A DNA stretch of 32,000 bases from Deinococcus radiodurans R1 = ATCC 13939 = DSM 20539 (GTDB lineage Bacteria > Deinococcota > Deinococci > Deinococcales > Deinococcaceae), in the NCBI RefSeq assembly GCF_000008565.1, contig NC_001263.1:1820603-1852602 (forward strand), given 5' to 3'. Under the pieces are notes generated by a model. That model saw only the letters and a program-made list of their open reading frames with translations, did no database searches and was not told the DNA's origin. Of the stretch, positions 21,431 to 32,000 are shown piece after piece; the first letter of the stretch is position 1; each line of letters starts with the position of its first letter. The translations under genes were made by a program, and so were the position numbers.

Positions 21431-21562
21431 CACTCCAACAGTACGCAGCGAGGCAGGCAAAAGTTCCGCTTCCCCCGCGAGGACAGGTCAACAGTCAAGG
21501 GGGGATGAACACGACCTAGACGCCTCCCCCTCTCCCCTGCCCGCCGGGTCTACACTCCGGGC

Positions 21563-21640
21563 ATGACGGTTCAGCGCGCGCCCCTGTGCCCCCACTGCGG
21601 CGAGTTCGGCTTTTATTGGTTCGGTTCCCACCGGGCCTAG
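21563..21640 (+). CDS. Candidate aromatic-amino-acid leader peptide, 25 aa: [25 protein letters not shown]
   Basis: ATG 21563 to TAG 21638..21640. Codons 21605..21622 read TTC GGC TTT TAT TGG TTC (F G F Y W F). There is no SD. TACACT (21551..21556) lies 6 nt upstream of the ATG. A terminator and the DAHP synthase gene follow. Confidence 0.5.
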   Translation: MTVQRAPLCPHCGEFGFYWFGSHRA

Positions 21641-21660
21641 CCTCGCGCTGTTTTTCCCCG

Positions 21661-21702
21661 CCCGGTGACGCCCCGCAAAGGCTCGCCGGGTTTTTCTTTT
21701 TT
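21661..21702 (+). terminator. Intrinsic terminator (attenuator) upstream of the DAHP synthase gene
   Basis: CCCGGTGA (21661..21668) pairs with TCGCCGGG (21683..21690), 8 bp, plus an inner GCC/GGC extension. TTTTTCTTTTTT follows at 21691..21702. There is no upstream plus-strand gene to terminate. Confidence 0.7.
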
Positions 21703-21741
21703 CCCCAGCTAAATAACCCAGATAAAAAAGGACGTGTTCCC

Positions 21742-22827
21742 ATGACCCAGCCCCCCGCCCCCTCTACCACCGAAAACCTCAACGTGACCGGCTTCACGCC
21801 GCTGATGACCCCGCGTGAACTCAAGGCCGAGGTGCCGCTGACCGACGCTGCCGAGCGCACCGTGCTCGCCGGACGCCGGGCGGCGCAGGCCATCCTGAGC
21901 GGCGAGGACGACCGCCTACTGGTGGTTGTCGGGCCGTGCAGCATTCACGACCAGGCGCAAGCGCTGGAGTACGCCGGGCGGCTCGCGGCGCTGCGTGAGC
22001 GGGTGAAAGACCGGCTGGAAGTGCAGATGCGCGTCTACGTGGACAAACCGCGCACGACGGTGGGCTGGCGCGGCTACCTGCTCGACCCCGACATGGACGG
22101 CAGCAACGACATGGGCAAGGGCGTGCGCCGCACCCGCGAGCTGATGGTGGCGGTGAGCGAACTCGGGCTGCCGGTGGCGACCGAACTGCTTGACCCCTTC
22201 GCGCCGCAGTACCTCTTCGACGCCGTAGCCTGGGCCTGCCTGGGCGCGCGCACCGCCGAGTCGCAGACCCACCGGGTAATGGCGAGCGCCGTCAGTGCCC
22301 CGATGGGCTTCAAGAACGGCACCGGCGGCGGTATCAAGCTCGCGGTGGACGCGGTGGTGGCCGCCAGTCACCCGCACGCTTTTTTCACCATTGACGAAGA
22401 TGGGCGCGCCGCGATTGTCCACACCAAGGGCAACGCGCACGGGCACGTCATTTTGCGCGGCGGGCGTGCCGGCCCCAACTACGCCCCGCAGTTCGTGCAG
22501 GAAGCAGCAGACCTGCTGCGCGCGGCGGGCCGCGAAGAAGCCGTCATGGTGGACTGCTCGCACGCCAACTCGGGGTCGGACTGGACCCGGCAGCGCTTGG
22601 TGTGGCGCGACGTGCTGGGCCAGCGCCTCGCCGGACAGCGCGCCATCCGGGGCGCCATGCTGGAGAGCAACCTGCAAGCCGGCAAACAGAGCCTGCCTGC
22701 CGACCTCACGCAGCTCAAGCCCGGCGTGAGCGTCACCGACGCCTGCGTGGGCTGGGACGAAACCGAGGCCCTGCTGCTGGAGGCCCACGAACAGCTCAGT
22801 GGCCGCGCGGCACTGGCGACCTGCTGA
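21742..22827 (+). CDS. aroG: 3-deoxy-7-phosphoheptulonate (DAHP) synthase, class I (AroF/G/H type); feedback specificity unknown
   Basis: Starts [33 protein letters not shown] and contains [24 protein letters not shown] and DCSHANS. Start at ATG 21742 preceded by AAGGA. Confidence 0.9.
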   Translation: MTQPPAPSTTENLNVTGFTPLMTPRELKAEVPLTDAAERTVLAGRRAAQAILSGEDDRLLVVVGPCSIHDQAQALEYAGRLAALRERVKDRLEVQMRVYVDKPRTTVGWRGYLLDPDMDGSNDMGKGVRRTRELMVAVSELGLPVATELLDPFAPQYLFDAVAWACLGARTAESQTHRVMASAVSAPMGFKNGTGGGIKLAVDAVVAASHPHAFFTIDEDGRAAIVHTKGNAHGHVILRGGRAGPNYAPQFVQEAADLLRAAGREEAVMVDCSHANSGSDWTRQRLVWRDVLGQRLAGQRAIRGAMLESNLQAGKQSLPADLTQLKPGVSVTDACVGWDETEALLLEAHEQLSGRAALATC

Positions 22828-22831
22828 GCGC

Positions 22832-22940
22832 ATAAAGCACTTGACGTAATCAAAGACCCCTCACCCCTGCCTTTGGCAGGCCCTCTCCCCTTGGTAGAGG
22901 GTCAAAGAGCGCAAGGCCATTCTTTTGTCAAATGCTCTAA
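22832..22940. repeat. MITE-like small noncoding repeat, copy 2
   Basis: AGCACTTGAC (22836..22845) and GTCAAATGCT (22927..22936). The core is nearly identical to copy 1 but lacks about 20 nt of the central segment. Confidence 0.8.
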
Positions 22941-23000
22941 GAGCGGAAGCCGTTAACAACCCATCAGCCTGCTGTCATCTGGCGGGCCTAGCCTTGGGCC

Positions 23001-23396
23001 ATGCGTTCAACGACTCTGTTCGCCCTTCCCCTCGCCCTTTTCGCCACCGCCTTTGCCGGGGGCGCCGGTCAGCCGCAGGCCGCGCCGCTCAAGCTCTCGC
23101 AGGAGGCCCACGTCTACCAGTGCCAGGGCGGTCAGCAGGTGCAGGTGTCCTACGTGAGCACCGGGCACGCCAACGAAAACAGCCCGCTGTTCGCGGTTTT
23201 GAAGTACCAGGGCCAGCGCTACGGCCTCGCCGAAGCCGTGTCGGCCAGCGGCTCGCGCTACGTCGGGCACGCCGGGCTGAACACCGCCAGCGGCCTGGAA
23301 TGGTGGGAACACCAGGGCGAAGCGACCCTCAGCACCTTCCGGGGCGACGACGCCCGCGCAACCAGCACGCTGCTCAAGTGCAAATTCGTGCGCTGA
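23001..23396 (+). CDS. mliC: MliC-family (membrane-bound lysozyme inhibitor of C-type lysozyme) periplasmic protein
   Basis: 131 aa with a signal peptide. YQC...VQVSY...A.L......[14 protein letters not shown]...[10 protein letters not shown]...C is the MliC-type pattern with two conserved Cys. Confidence 0.65.
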   Translation: MRSTTLFALPLALFATAFAGGAGQPQAAPLKLSQEAHVYQCQGGQQVQVSYVSTGHANENSPLFAVLKYQGQRYGLAEAVSASGSRYVGHAGLNTASGLEWWEHQGEATLSTFRGDDARATSTLLKCKFVR

Positions 23397-23410
23397 AGCG
23401 TTCCCATTTC

Positions 23411-23442
23411 AGCCCCGTCTTCTGTTAGAGGCGGGGCTTTTT
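23411..23442 (+). terminator. Intrinsic terminator after the mliC-like gene
   Basis: AGCCCCGTCT (23411..23420) pairs with AGAGGCGGGGCT (about 10 bp including G-U pairs), followed by TTTTT 23438..23442. Confidence 0.7.
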
Positions 23443-23637
23443 GCTGCCACTCCTACGGATTCCGCTCCATTGCGCCACAGTCGGAACCCCACCGCCTGCG
23501 GCTCCACACCGCAGAACCCGTCGTTTTTCCTTCTCGCCGTCGCTCGGATGGATTCAGAACGGCACCGAATCCATCGGAACCTCCTCAGAGTAAGCCCCCG
23601 CACAGCCCCCCGCCTCCCGACGCGGCAGACTGCGCGG

Positions 23638-23820
23638 GTGGCAAACCGTGAGAAATCTTCCCCTGCAAAGAGGCCCGGCGGCGGGCGGCCCCCCAGCGAG
23701 CGGCCCAGCAAAATCTGCGCGCGCTGCGGCCTGCCCTTTTCTTGGCGTAAGAAATGGGAGCGCGACTGGGACAACGTGCGCTACTGCTCGGAGCGCTGCC
23801 GCCGGGGAGGAACGGCATGA
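23638..23820 (+). CDS. DUF2256 small zinc-ribbon protein
   Basis: The C-terminal [35 protein letters not shown] is the DUF2256 signature. The start is uncertain: GTG 23638 is proposed, and the track ORF begins at 23470. The stop overlaps the uvsE ATG. Confidence 0.6.
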   Translation: MANREKSSPAKRPGGGRPPSERPSKICARCGLPFSWRKKWERDWDNVRYCSERCRRGGTA

Positions 23821-24734
23821 CCTCGGCCTGTGAAGCCGTGCCGCAGCTCGGGCTGGTGTGCCTGACGGTGGGGCCGGAGGTGCGCTTCCGCACGGTCACG
23901 CTCAGCCGCTACCGTGCGCTCTCGCCTGCCGAGCGCGAAGCCAAGCTGCTCGACCTGTATTCGAGCAACATCAAGACCTTGCGGGGGGCCGCCGACTACT
24001 GCGCGGCGCACGACATCCGGCTCTACCGACTGAGTTCGAGCCTTTTTCCCATGCTCGACCTCGCGGGCGACGACACCGGGGCCGCTGTGCTCACGCATCT
24101 AGCGCCGCAACTGCTGGAGGCCGGGCATGCGTTCACCGACGCGGGCGTGCGGCTGCTGATGCACCCCGAGCAATTCATCGTGCTCAATTCCGACCGGCCC
24201 GAGGTGCGCGAGTCGAGCGTGCGGGCCATGAGTGCCCACGCCCGCGTGATGGACGGGCTGGGGCTGGCGCGCACGCCCTGGAATCTGCTGCTGCTCCACG
24301 GCGGCAAGGGCGGGCGCGGCGCTGAGTTGGCGGCCCTGATTCCCGACCTGCCCGACCCAGTACGGCTGCGGCTGGGTCTGGAAAACGACGAGCGGGCATA
24401 CAGCCCCGCCGAGCTGCTGCCCATCTGCGAGGCGACCGGCACGCCGCTGGTCTTCGACGCGCACCACCACGTCGTCCACGACAAGCTTCCCGACCAGGAA
24501 GACCCCAGCGTGCGCGAGTGGGTGCTGCGCGCGCGGGCGACGTGGCAGCCCCCGGAGTGGCAGGTTGTCCACCTCAGCAACGGCATCGAGGGGCCGCAGG
24601 ACCGCCGCCACTCGCACCTGATTGCCGATTTTCCGAGTGCCTACGCCGACGTGCCCTGGATCGAAGTCGAGGCGAAGGGCAAGGAAGAAGCGATTGCGGC
24701 GCTGCGGCTGATGGCGCCGTTCAAGAAAGACTGA
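23817..24734 (+). CDS. uvsE: UV damage endonuclease UvsE (UVDE)
   Basis: [29 protein letters not shown]...[12 protein letters not shown]...LLMHPEQF...LGLENDE...FDAHHH follows the UVDE TIM-barrel pattern. Start at ATG 23817 within the track ORF 23754..24734. Confidence 0.9.
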   Translation: MTSACEAVPQLGLVCLTVGPEVRFRTVTLSRYRALSPAEREAKLLDLYSSNIKTLRGAADYCAAHDIRLYRLSSSLFPMLDLAGDDTGAAVLTHLAPQLLEAGHAFTDAGVRLLMHPEQFIVLNSDRPEVRESSVRAMSAHARVMDGLGLARTPWNLLLLHGGKGGRGAELAALIPDLPDPVRLRLGLENDERAYSPAELLPICEATGTPLVFDAHHHVVHDKLPDQEDPSVREWVLRARATWQPPEWQVVHLSNGIEGPQDRRHSHLIADFPSAYADVPWIEVEAKGKEEAIAALRLMAPFKKD

Positions 24735-24778
24735 ACGCGGGCGCGGAAAGAGCGGGCAACGTACCCTTAGGCTGAAGC

Positions 24779-25702
24779 ATGAAACGACTTCTGATGACGG
24801 GGTTTCTGACGACTGGGCTGCTCGCCGCGTTCGGAACGGCGGGCGCGGCGGGGATTCTGGGCCAGGGCGTGAGCGCGGCCACCGTCACGCAGTCGGCGTT
24901 TTGCCAGAAGTACGGCTGCGACGAGCCGTTCGTCCGGGGGCGCGAGTGGCAGTTTCCGTACAACAGCACCCAGACCCTCGTCATCTTGCGCGAGTCGAAT
25001 GAAGCCGGGAGCCGGGCGGTCAGCGTGCAGCTGTGGGTCCGCAAAGAGGGGCTGAACACCGCCAGCGACCAACAGGCTTTTCAGGACGTGCAGCGCCTCG
25101 CTCTGGGCTACGTCCCCTACACCGGCAAGGTCGAGGGCTGCTACGCCGCGAGCACGACGAAAACCCTGGTGACGGCCCCCGACGAGCGCACGGCGGGGGT
25201 CAGCTGCGACCTGTGGCCGTCGGTGGTGATTTTCGAGGTCACGGCGGACCCGGCGTACCTCGCCCGCACCGCGCCGAGCCAGACCAACCTGAACAGCGGC
25301 CCCACCAAGCTCAACCAGTGGGATTTCCGTAACTGCAAGGCGGGCGGCGCGTCGTTCGGCTGCCTGCCCACCGGCAAGGCGGCCCGCTGCGACCTCGTCA
25401 TTACGACCAAGGGCGAGCAGTCGCAGGTGGTGCGCGCCGAATTTCAGTACGAAATCGAGTATGTCCAGAACGGTCAGGCTGTCAAGAAGTTGCTGCCGGA
25501 CAAGGAATACTGGTGGCCGGGCCGTCAGCAGGGTGCGCTCGACCCCCGCGTGAGCCAGCAGGGCCGGACCATCACCGCGAACGTGAGCCTCGCGGTCAGG
25601 GACCAACCGGGCCGGCGCGTGACCAGCCTGAACACCATCGCCCGTCTGACCTTCGCCAACGGCGCGGTGAAGACGGCCTACGAACCGCTGCTGGTGCGCT
25701 AG
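24779..25702 (+). CDS. Secreted hypothetical protein
   Basis: 307 aa with signal peptide MKRLLMTGFLTTGLLAAFGTAGAAG and several Cys pairs. No family recognised. Confidence 0.55.
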   Translation: MKRLLMTGFLTTGLLAAFGTAGAAGILGQGVSAATVTQSAFCQKYGCDEPFVRGREWQFPYNSTQTLVILRESNEAGSRAVSVQLWVRKEGLNTASDQQAFQDVQRLALGYVPYTGKVEGCYAASTTKTLVTAPDERTAGVSCDLWPSVVIFEVTADPAYLARTAPSQTNLNSGPTKLNQWDFRNCKAGGASFGCLPTGKAARCDLVITTKGEQSQVVRAEFQYEIEYVQNGQAVKKLLPDKEYWWPGRQQGALDPRVSQQGRTITANVSLAVRDQPGRRVTSLNTIARLTFANGAVKTAYEPLLVR

Positions 25703-25765
25703 CGCCTTCTCACGCTCCACACCGCCGCACCGCAAATCCCGTCAGCCGCGCTCTGATAAGCTGAC

Positions 25766-26146
25766 ATGCTTGTGAAGCCCCCTCGCCGCGCCCCCCGCCC
25801 TGCCCCGCTTCGGTGGCCGGGACCGTTGGGGCGTTTCTGGCGTCTGGGGGTCACTTTGCCCGGTCTGGCCGCGCTGCTTTCGGCGCTGGCGGTGTGGCTG
25901 GGCGCTCCGGCCCCGGCGCACGAGGTGCCGCCCCGCCTGACGGCCAGCAACCTCACGCCGCCAATGCCCGAGCTGCGCCCCGCGCCGCAACCCGCGCCGG
26001 GGGTGCCGCTGCCCGCCGCGCCGCCGCCCGAAGTGCCCTGGCTGCGGCTGAGCGTGCCGGACGTGCCCAGGTTGGAAAGCGGCTGGACAGCGCCCATCTT
26101 CGCGCCGGACCTCGCGACGCTGGGGCGCTGGCAGCTCGAGGGCTGA
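25766..26146 (+). CDS. Proline-rich hypothetical protein with an N-terminal hydrophobic segment
   Basis: 126 aa with LGVTLPGLAALLSALAVWLGAPAPA followed by a P-rich region. Coding status is uncertain in this GC-rich context. Confidence 0.35.
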   Translation: MLVKPPRRAPRPAPLRWPGPLGRFWRLGVTLPGLAALLSALAVWLGAPAPAHEVPPRLTASNLTPPMPELRPAPQPAPGVPLPAAPPPEVPWLRLSVPDVPRLESGWTAPIFAPDLATLGRWQLEG

Positions 26147-26147
26147 G

Positions 26148-26189
26148 GGCTTTTCACTGAGCTCTTTTCGCTGAGCTCTTTTCGCTGAG
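26148..26189. repeat. 14-nt tandem repeat, about 3 copies
   Basis: GGCTTTTCACTGAG / CTCTTTTCGCTGAG / CTCTTTTCGCTGAG, located between the 25766 ORF and secDF. Confidence 0.7.
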
Positions 26190-26240
26190 CCCGCCCCTCT
26201 TTCAGACGCCCCCTTTTCGGATTCTTTCGGAGAACGAGTC

Positions 26241-28547
<2,307 letters not shown>

Positions 28548-28567
28548 GAACCAGTGAGTAAAAGAAT

Positions 28568-28604
28568 CCCCGCCGATGGACAGGCGGGGGTTTCTTTTGC
28601 TTTT
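28568..28604 (+). terminator. Intrinsic terminator after secDF
   Basis: CCCCGCC (28568..28574) pairs with GGCGGGG (28583..28589), followed by GTTTCTTTTGCTTTT. Confidence 0.7.
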
Positions 28605-28614
28605 AGTCAGTTGG

Positions 28615-29517
28615 TCAGTCCTCGGCAGCCTTCAACTCAAACCCCCGCTTCGTTTCGTGCAGCGTCGCAAACGCCACTTTCGGGTCGTGCGGCGTGCAGA
28701 TGACGGCGCCTTCCCCGAACCACTGCGGCAGGTACTTTTTGCGCTGCTCCAGGCAGGTGACGGGGTACAGGTCGTAGCCCATGACGTAGGGATAGGGTGC
28801 GTGGGCGGTGGTGGGCACGAGGTCGGCGACGTACACCAGCGTCTGCCCGCCCGAGCGCAGCACCACGCCCTGCTGCCCGAGGTTGTGGCCCGGCAGCGGC
28901 AGCACGCTCAGGCCTGGCAGCAGCTCGGTTTCGCCGTCTACGAGATCGAAGAGGCCGGCTTCGTGAATGGGCATGAAGGTGTCGGCGATGTAGCTCGCCC
29001 GGCTGCGTTCGTGAGTGTGCAGGGCGTCGTGCCACTCCTGCTTTTGCACCACGTAGCGGGCGTTGGGAAAGGTCGGCTCGCCGGTCAGGCCAGTGTTGCG
29101 CCCGCAGTGGTCGAAGTGGAGGTGGGTGTTGATGACGAGGTCAATGTCGTCGGGCTCCACCCCCACGTCGCGCAGACCCCGAAAAAACGTTTCGTCGCGT
29201 TCGAGCGCGTACATCTGCTCGAACTTCTCGCCGCCCCGGTCCCACATGCCGGTTTCCACCAGCACGTTCTTGCCGCCGAGCCGAATCAGCAGAGGGTTGA
29301 TGCGCAATTGAATGCGGTTTTCCTCGTCCGGAGGTGCCACTTTTTCCCACAGCACGCGGGGAATGGTGCCGAACATCGCGCCGCCGTCGAGCCGGAAGTT
29401 GCCGTCGGTGAGCGAGAACACCTCGGCCTCGCCAATCTGCCGCCGTTTGAGCCAGGTCATGAGGGCCACTTTACCGCGCTGCGGAGCGTGAGCCAAACGA
29501 ACGTTTGTTCTGGTCAT
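28615..29517 (-). CDS. MBL-fold metallo-hydrolase (lactonase-like)
   Basis: Contains the HLHFDHCG metallo-beta-lactamase motif and FRLDGGAMFG near the N-terminus. An alternative start is ATG 29460 (MTWLKRRQIG). Confidence 0.8.
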   Translation of the reverse strand: MTRTNVRLAHAPQRGKVALMTWLKRRQIGEAEVFSLTDGNFRLDGGAMFGTIPRVLWEKVAPPDEENRIQLRINPLLIRLGGKNVLVETGMWDRGGEKFEQMYALERDETFFRGLRDVGVEPDDIDLVINTHLHFDHCGRNTGLTGEPTFPNARYVVQKQEWHDALHTHERSRASYIADTFMPIHEAGLFDLVDGETELLPGLSVLPLPGHNLGQQGVVLRSGGQTLVYVADLVPTTAHAPYPYVMGYDLYPVTCLEQRKKYLPQWFGEGAVICTPHDPKVAFATLHETKRGFELKAAED

Positions 29518-29587
29518 GCCGAACCCTAATGCTCTGCCCGGCGCGGCTCACCTGAGCGGGGCGGGGGCTGCGCAGACTGGCAGTCCG

Positions 29588-30850
29588 ATGAAGACCCGGA
29601 TTGCTGGCAAAACCATTCTCGCCATCGTGCTGGCCGGGGGGCGCGGCAGCCGCCTCTCGCCGCTGACCGACGAGCGGGCCAAACCGGCGGTGCCGTTTCT
29701 GGGCACCTACCGCCTGATCGATTTCACCCTTTCCAACCTCGTTCACAGCGGCATCAACGACGTGTGGGTCATCGAGCAGTACCTGCCGCACGGCCTGAAC
29801 GACCACCTCTCGGGCGGGCGCCCCTGGGACCTCGACCGCACACGCGGCGGGCTGGTGGTGATGCCGCCCTTCGCGAGCGCCGAGAACGAGGAAGGCGAGT
29901 TCGCGCAGGGCAACGCGCACGCCCTGGCGCAGCACGCGCACCTCATCCGCGAGTTCGGCGCCGACTTGGTGCTGGTCCTGAGCGCCGACCATGTGTACCG
30001 CCTAGACTACTCGGACGTGATCCGGCAGCATGTGGAGCGCGGCGCGAGCGTGACGATGGTCACGACGGAGCTGGCAGACGAACAGCAGGCCACCCGCTTC
30101 GGCAACGTCCGTGCGGCGAAGAATGGCAAGGTCAGCGAGTTCGCCTACAAACCCGACGAGCCGCTCGGCAAGACCGTAACCGCCGAAGTCTTCGTGTACG
30201 ACGCGCACATCATGCTTTCCACGCTGGAAGCCCTGTCAAAAGAGGGCGAGCTGGGCGACTACGGCGAGGAGCTGCTGCCCGCGCTGGTGGCCCGTGGTGA
30301 CGCCCACGCCTTTCCCATGCACGGTTACTGGATGGACGTGGGCACGCTGGACGCTTACTTGCAAACCCACCGCGATTTTCTGGACGGCAAAGGCTTTGCG
30401 CTCGACGACCCGCAGTGGCCCTTCATCACTTCCAGCATCAGCCGCCCGCCGACCCGGATCGAGAAGACCGCCCGGCTGGACGAGGCGTTGGTCTGCGGCG
30501 GCGCGGTGATCGCCGGGGAAGTCGTGCGGAGCCTGATTGCCCCGAACGCGGTGGTGGAAGCGGGCGCCGTGGTCCGCGACTCGGTGGTGCAGCCGGGTGC
30601 CGTGATTCGCGCCGGGGCACAGGTGAGCCGCGCGGTGGTGGACCAGGACGCCGAAGTCGGCCCGGGCTCGCGCGTGGGCGGACAGACCGGCAACAGCCGC
30701 CCCACCGTGGTCGGCGCCCATGCCCACCTGGGTCCCGGCGTGCAGGTCGGCCCCGGTCAGGTGGTGGCCCCGCGCACCCGCGTGAAGGCAGGCGAGGAGG
30801 GGCAGAAGGTGCAGGAGCTGGACGCGGACGACAAGGCGGGGAAAAAGTAG
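29588..30850 (+). CDS. glgC: Glucose-1-phosphate adenylyltransferase
   Basis: ILAIVLAGGRGSRLSPLTDERAKPAVPFLGTYRLIDFTLSNLVHSGI matches the GlgC N-terminal signature. A left-handed beta-helix C-terminal part is present. Start at ATG 29588 within the track ORF. Confidence 0.85.
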   Translation: MKTRIAGKTILAIVLAGGRGSRLSPLTDERAKPAVPFLGTYRLIDFTLSNLVHSGINDVWVIEQYLPHGLNDHLSGGRPWDLDRTRGGLVVMPPFASAENEEGEFAQGNAHALAQHAHLIREFGADLVLVLSADHVYRLDYSDVIRQHVERGASVTMVTTELADEQQATRFGNVRAAKNGKVSEFAYKPDEPLGKTVTAEVFVYDAHIMLSTLEALSKEGELGDYGEELLPALVARGDAHAFPMHGYWMDVGTLDAYLQTHRDFLDGKGFALDDPQWPFITSSISRPPTRIEKTARLDEALVCGGAVIAGEVVRSLIAPNAVVEAGAVVRDSVVQPGAVIRAGAQVSRAVVDQDAEVGPGSRVGGQTGNSRPTVVGAHAHLGPGVQVGPGQVVAPRTRVKAGEEGQKVQELDADDKAGKK

Positions 30851-30858
30851 AGCCACAG

Positions 30859-30893
30859 AAAAAAGCACCGGCCAGGAATCCCCCAGCCGGTGC
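30859..30893 (-). terminator. Intrinsic terminator after secG
   Basis: GCACCGGC (30865..30872) pairs with GCCGGTGC (30886..30893). On the minus strand TTTTTT follows (30864..30859). Confidence 0.6.
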
Positions 30894-30910
30894 CCTGTCC
30901 CTGACGCGGC

Positions 30911-31141
30911 TCAGCGCGAGACGAACACGATCAGAAAGGCGAGCAGCATAAACAGCCCGCCCAGGACGGCGGTGGTGCGGACCAGGCCGCCTTCCACCCC
31001 GCGCCCGCCGAGCAGCGAGCCGCCCGACGCCATGCTAGCCGAGAGGCCCGCCTGCTTGGGCACTTGCAGCAGCACGAAAAACACCAGGCCGACGCAGATG
31101 GCAGCGAACAGAATCAGAAAGATGGTCAGAATGGGGGTCAT
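30911..31141 (-). CDS. secG: Preprotein translocase subunit SecG
   Basis: MTPILTIFLILFAAICVGLVFFVLLQVPKQAGLSASMASGGSLLGGRG... has two TM helices and the G-rich loop typical of SecG. Start at the internal ATG 31141. Confidence 0.8.
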   Translation of the reverse strand: MTPILTIFLILFAAICVGLVFFVLLQVPKQAGLSASMASGGSLLGGRGVEGGLVRTTAVLGGLFMLLAFLIVFVSR

Positions 31142-31262
31142 AGGGAAAACCTCTGGAAGAACGTGGAATCGGGGCAAGGCGCCGCGCACGGCGTAACGGC
31201 TCAGTTTAGCGGGCCCGGAGTGAGGCGGGATGAGGGGGCCAGTTCCCGCAGCGCCGCTTGGA

Positions 31263-31354
31263 GCGCATCTGGCATCGAAAGACCCCTCACCCCTCGCTCT
31301 GCGAGGCCCTCTCCCCCTGGTAGAGGGTCAAGAGCGCCCCATCTCTTGCTTGCT
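31263..31354. repeat. MITE-like small noncoding repeat, degenerate copy 3a
   Basis: The core GACCCCTCACCCCTCGCTCTGCGAGGCCCTCTCCCCCTGGTAGAGGGTCA is present. The left end is degenerate (GCATCTGGC versus GCATTTGAC) and the right end is truncated. Confidence 0.65.
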
Positions 31355-31464
31355 CTAAAGCATTTGACAGAAAAAGACACCCTCACCCCCTCGCTGCGGC
31401 GCAGCTCTCTGAGTCCCATCAAGGTAAAGGGTCAAAATCACACCGCATCATTTTGTCAAATGCT

Positions 31465-31468
<4 letters not shown>
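31355..31468. repeat. MITE-like small noncoding repeat, copy 3b, abutting copy 3a
   Basis: Perfect 14-bp terminal inverted repeats CTAAAGCATTTGAC (31355..31368) and GTCAAATGCTTTAG (31455..31468). Confidence 0.8.

Positions 31469-32000
<532 letters not shown>

Noticed and set aside
26148-26189. Possibility that the 14-nt tandem repeats are a CRISPR array
   Set aside because: The units are directly adjacent with no spacers. They are only 14 nt long with about 3 copies, and there are no cas genes in the window.

Overview
High-GC bacterial chromosomal DNA. Sampled 60-nt lines outside the islands are above 60% G+C. Gene content, gene order and four copies of a structured MITE-like small noncoding repeat point to Deinococcus, probably D. 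radiodurans-like. This taxon call is recognition, not a search result.

Most of the window is core housekeeping:
- trpE (5' part)
- an ApbE/DUF2271/PepSY extracytoplasmic operon
- rimP-nusA-ylxR-infB
- gcvT-gcvH-gcvP
- a class I DAHP synthase
- uvsE, secDF, glgC, secG
- proA (3' part)
- several secreted or low-complexity hypothetical proteins

The main hunt results involve features below the 60-aa ORF track.
1. Both aromatic-pathway genes are preceded by an SD-less mini-ORF rich in the pathway end-product residues. The trpE leader reads MLTRRTSWWPRSRWV and the DAHP synthase leader reads ...[12 protein letters not shown]. Each mini-ORF has a TAnnnT box 6 nt upstream of its ATG, which is leaderless-promoter geometry. 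Each is followed by a strong intrinsic terminator just before the structural gene. These look like ribosome-mediated attenuators on leaderless leader transcripts.
2. A low-GC island (about 33-37% G+C in sampled lines) carries an intact dGTPase-family HD hydrolase. It sits next to an MNT/HepT toxin-antitoxin pair, so it is a candidate nucleotide-depletion defence locus.
3. A second lower-GC insertion places a 65-aa acidic ORF inside the gcvH-gcvP operon.
4. gcvT and a LigT-like 2H phosphoesterase each carry a 1-nt frameshift as read.
5. A DUF2256 zinc-ribbon mini-gene is translationally coupled (ATGA) to uvsE.
6. The rimP-nusA-infB leader contains a terminator-like hairpin.

All folds, GC values and family assignments were done by eye or from memory. 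None was verified by a database search.
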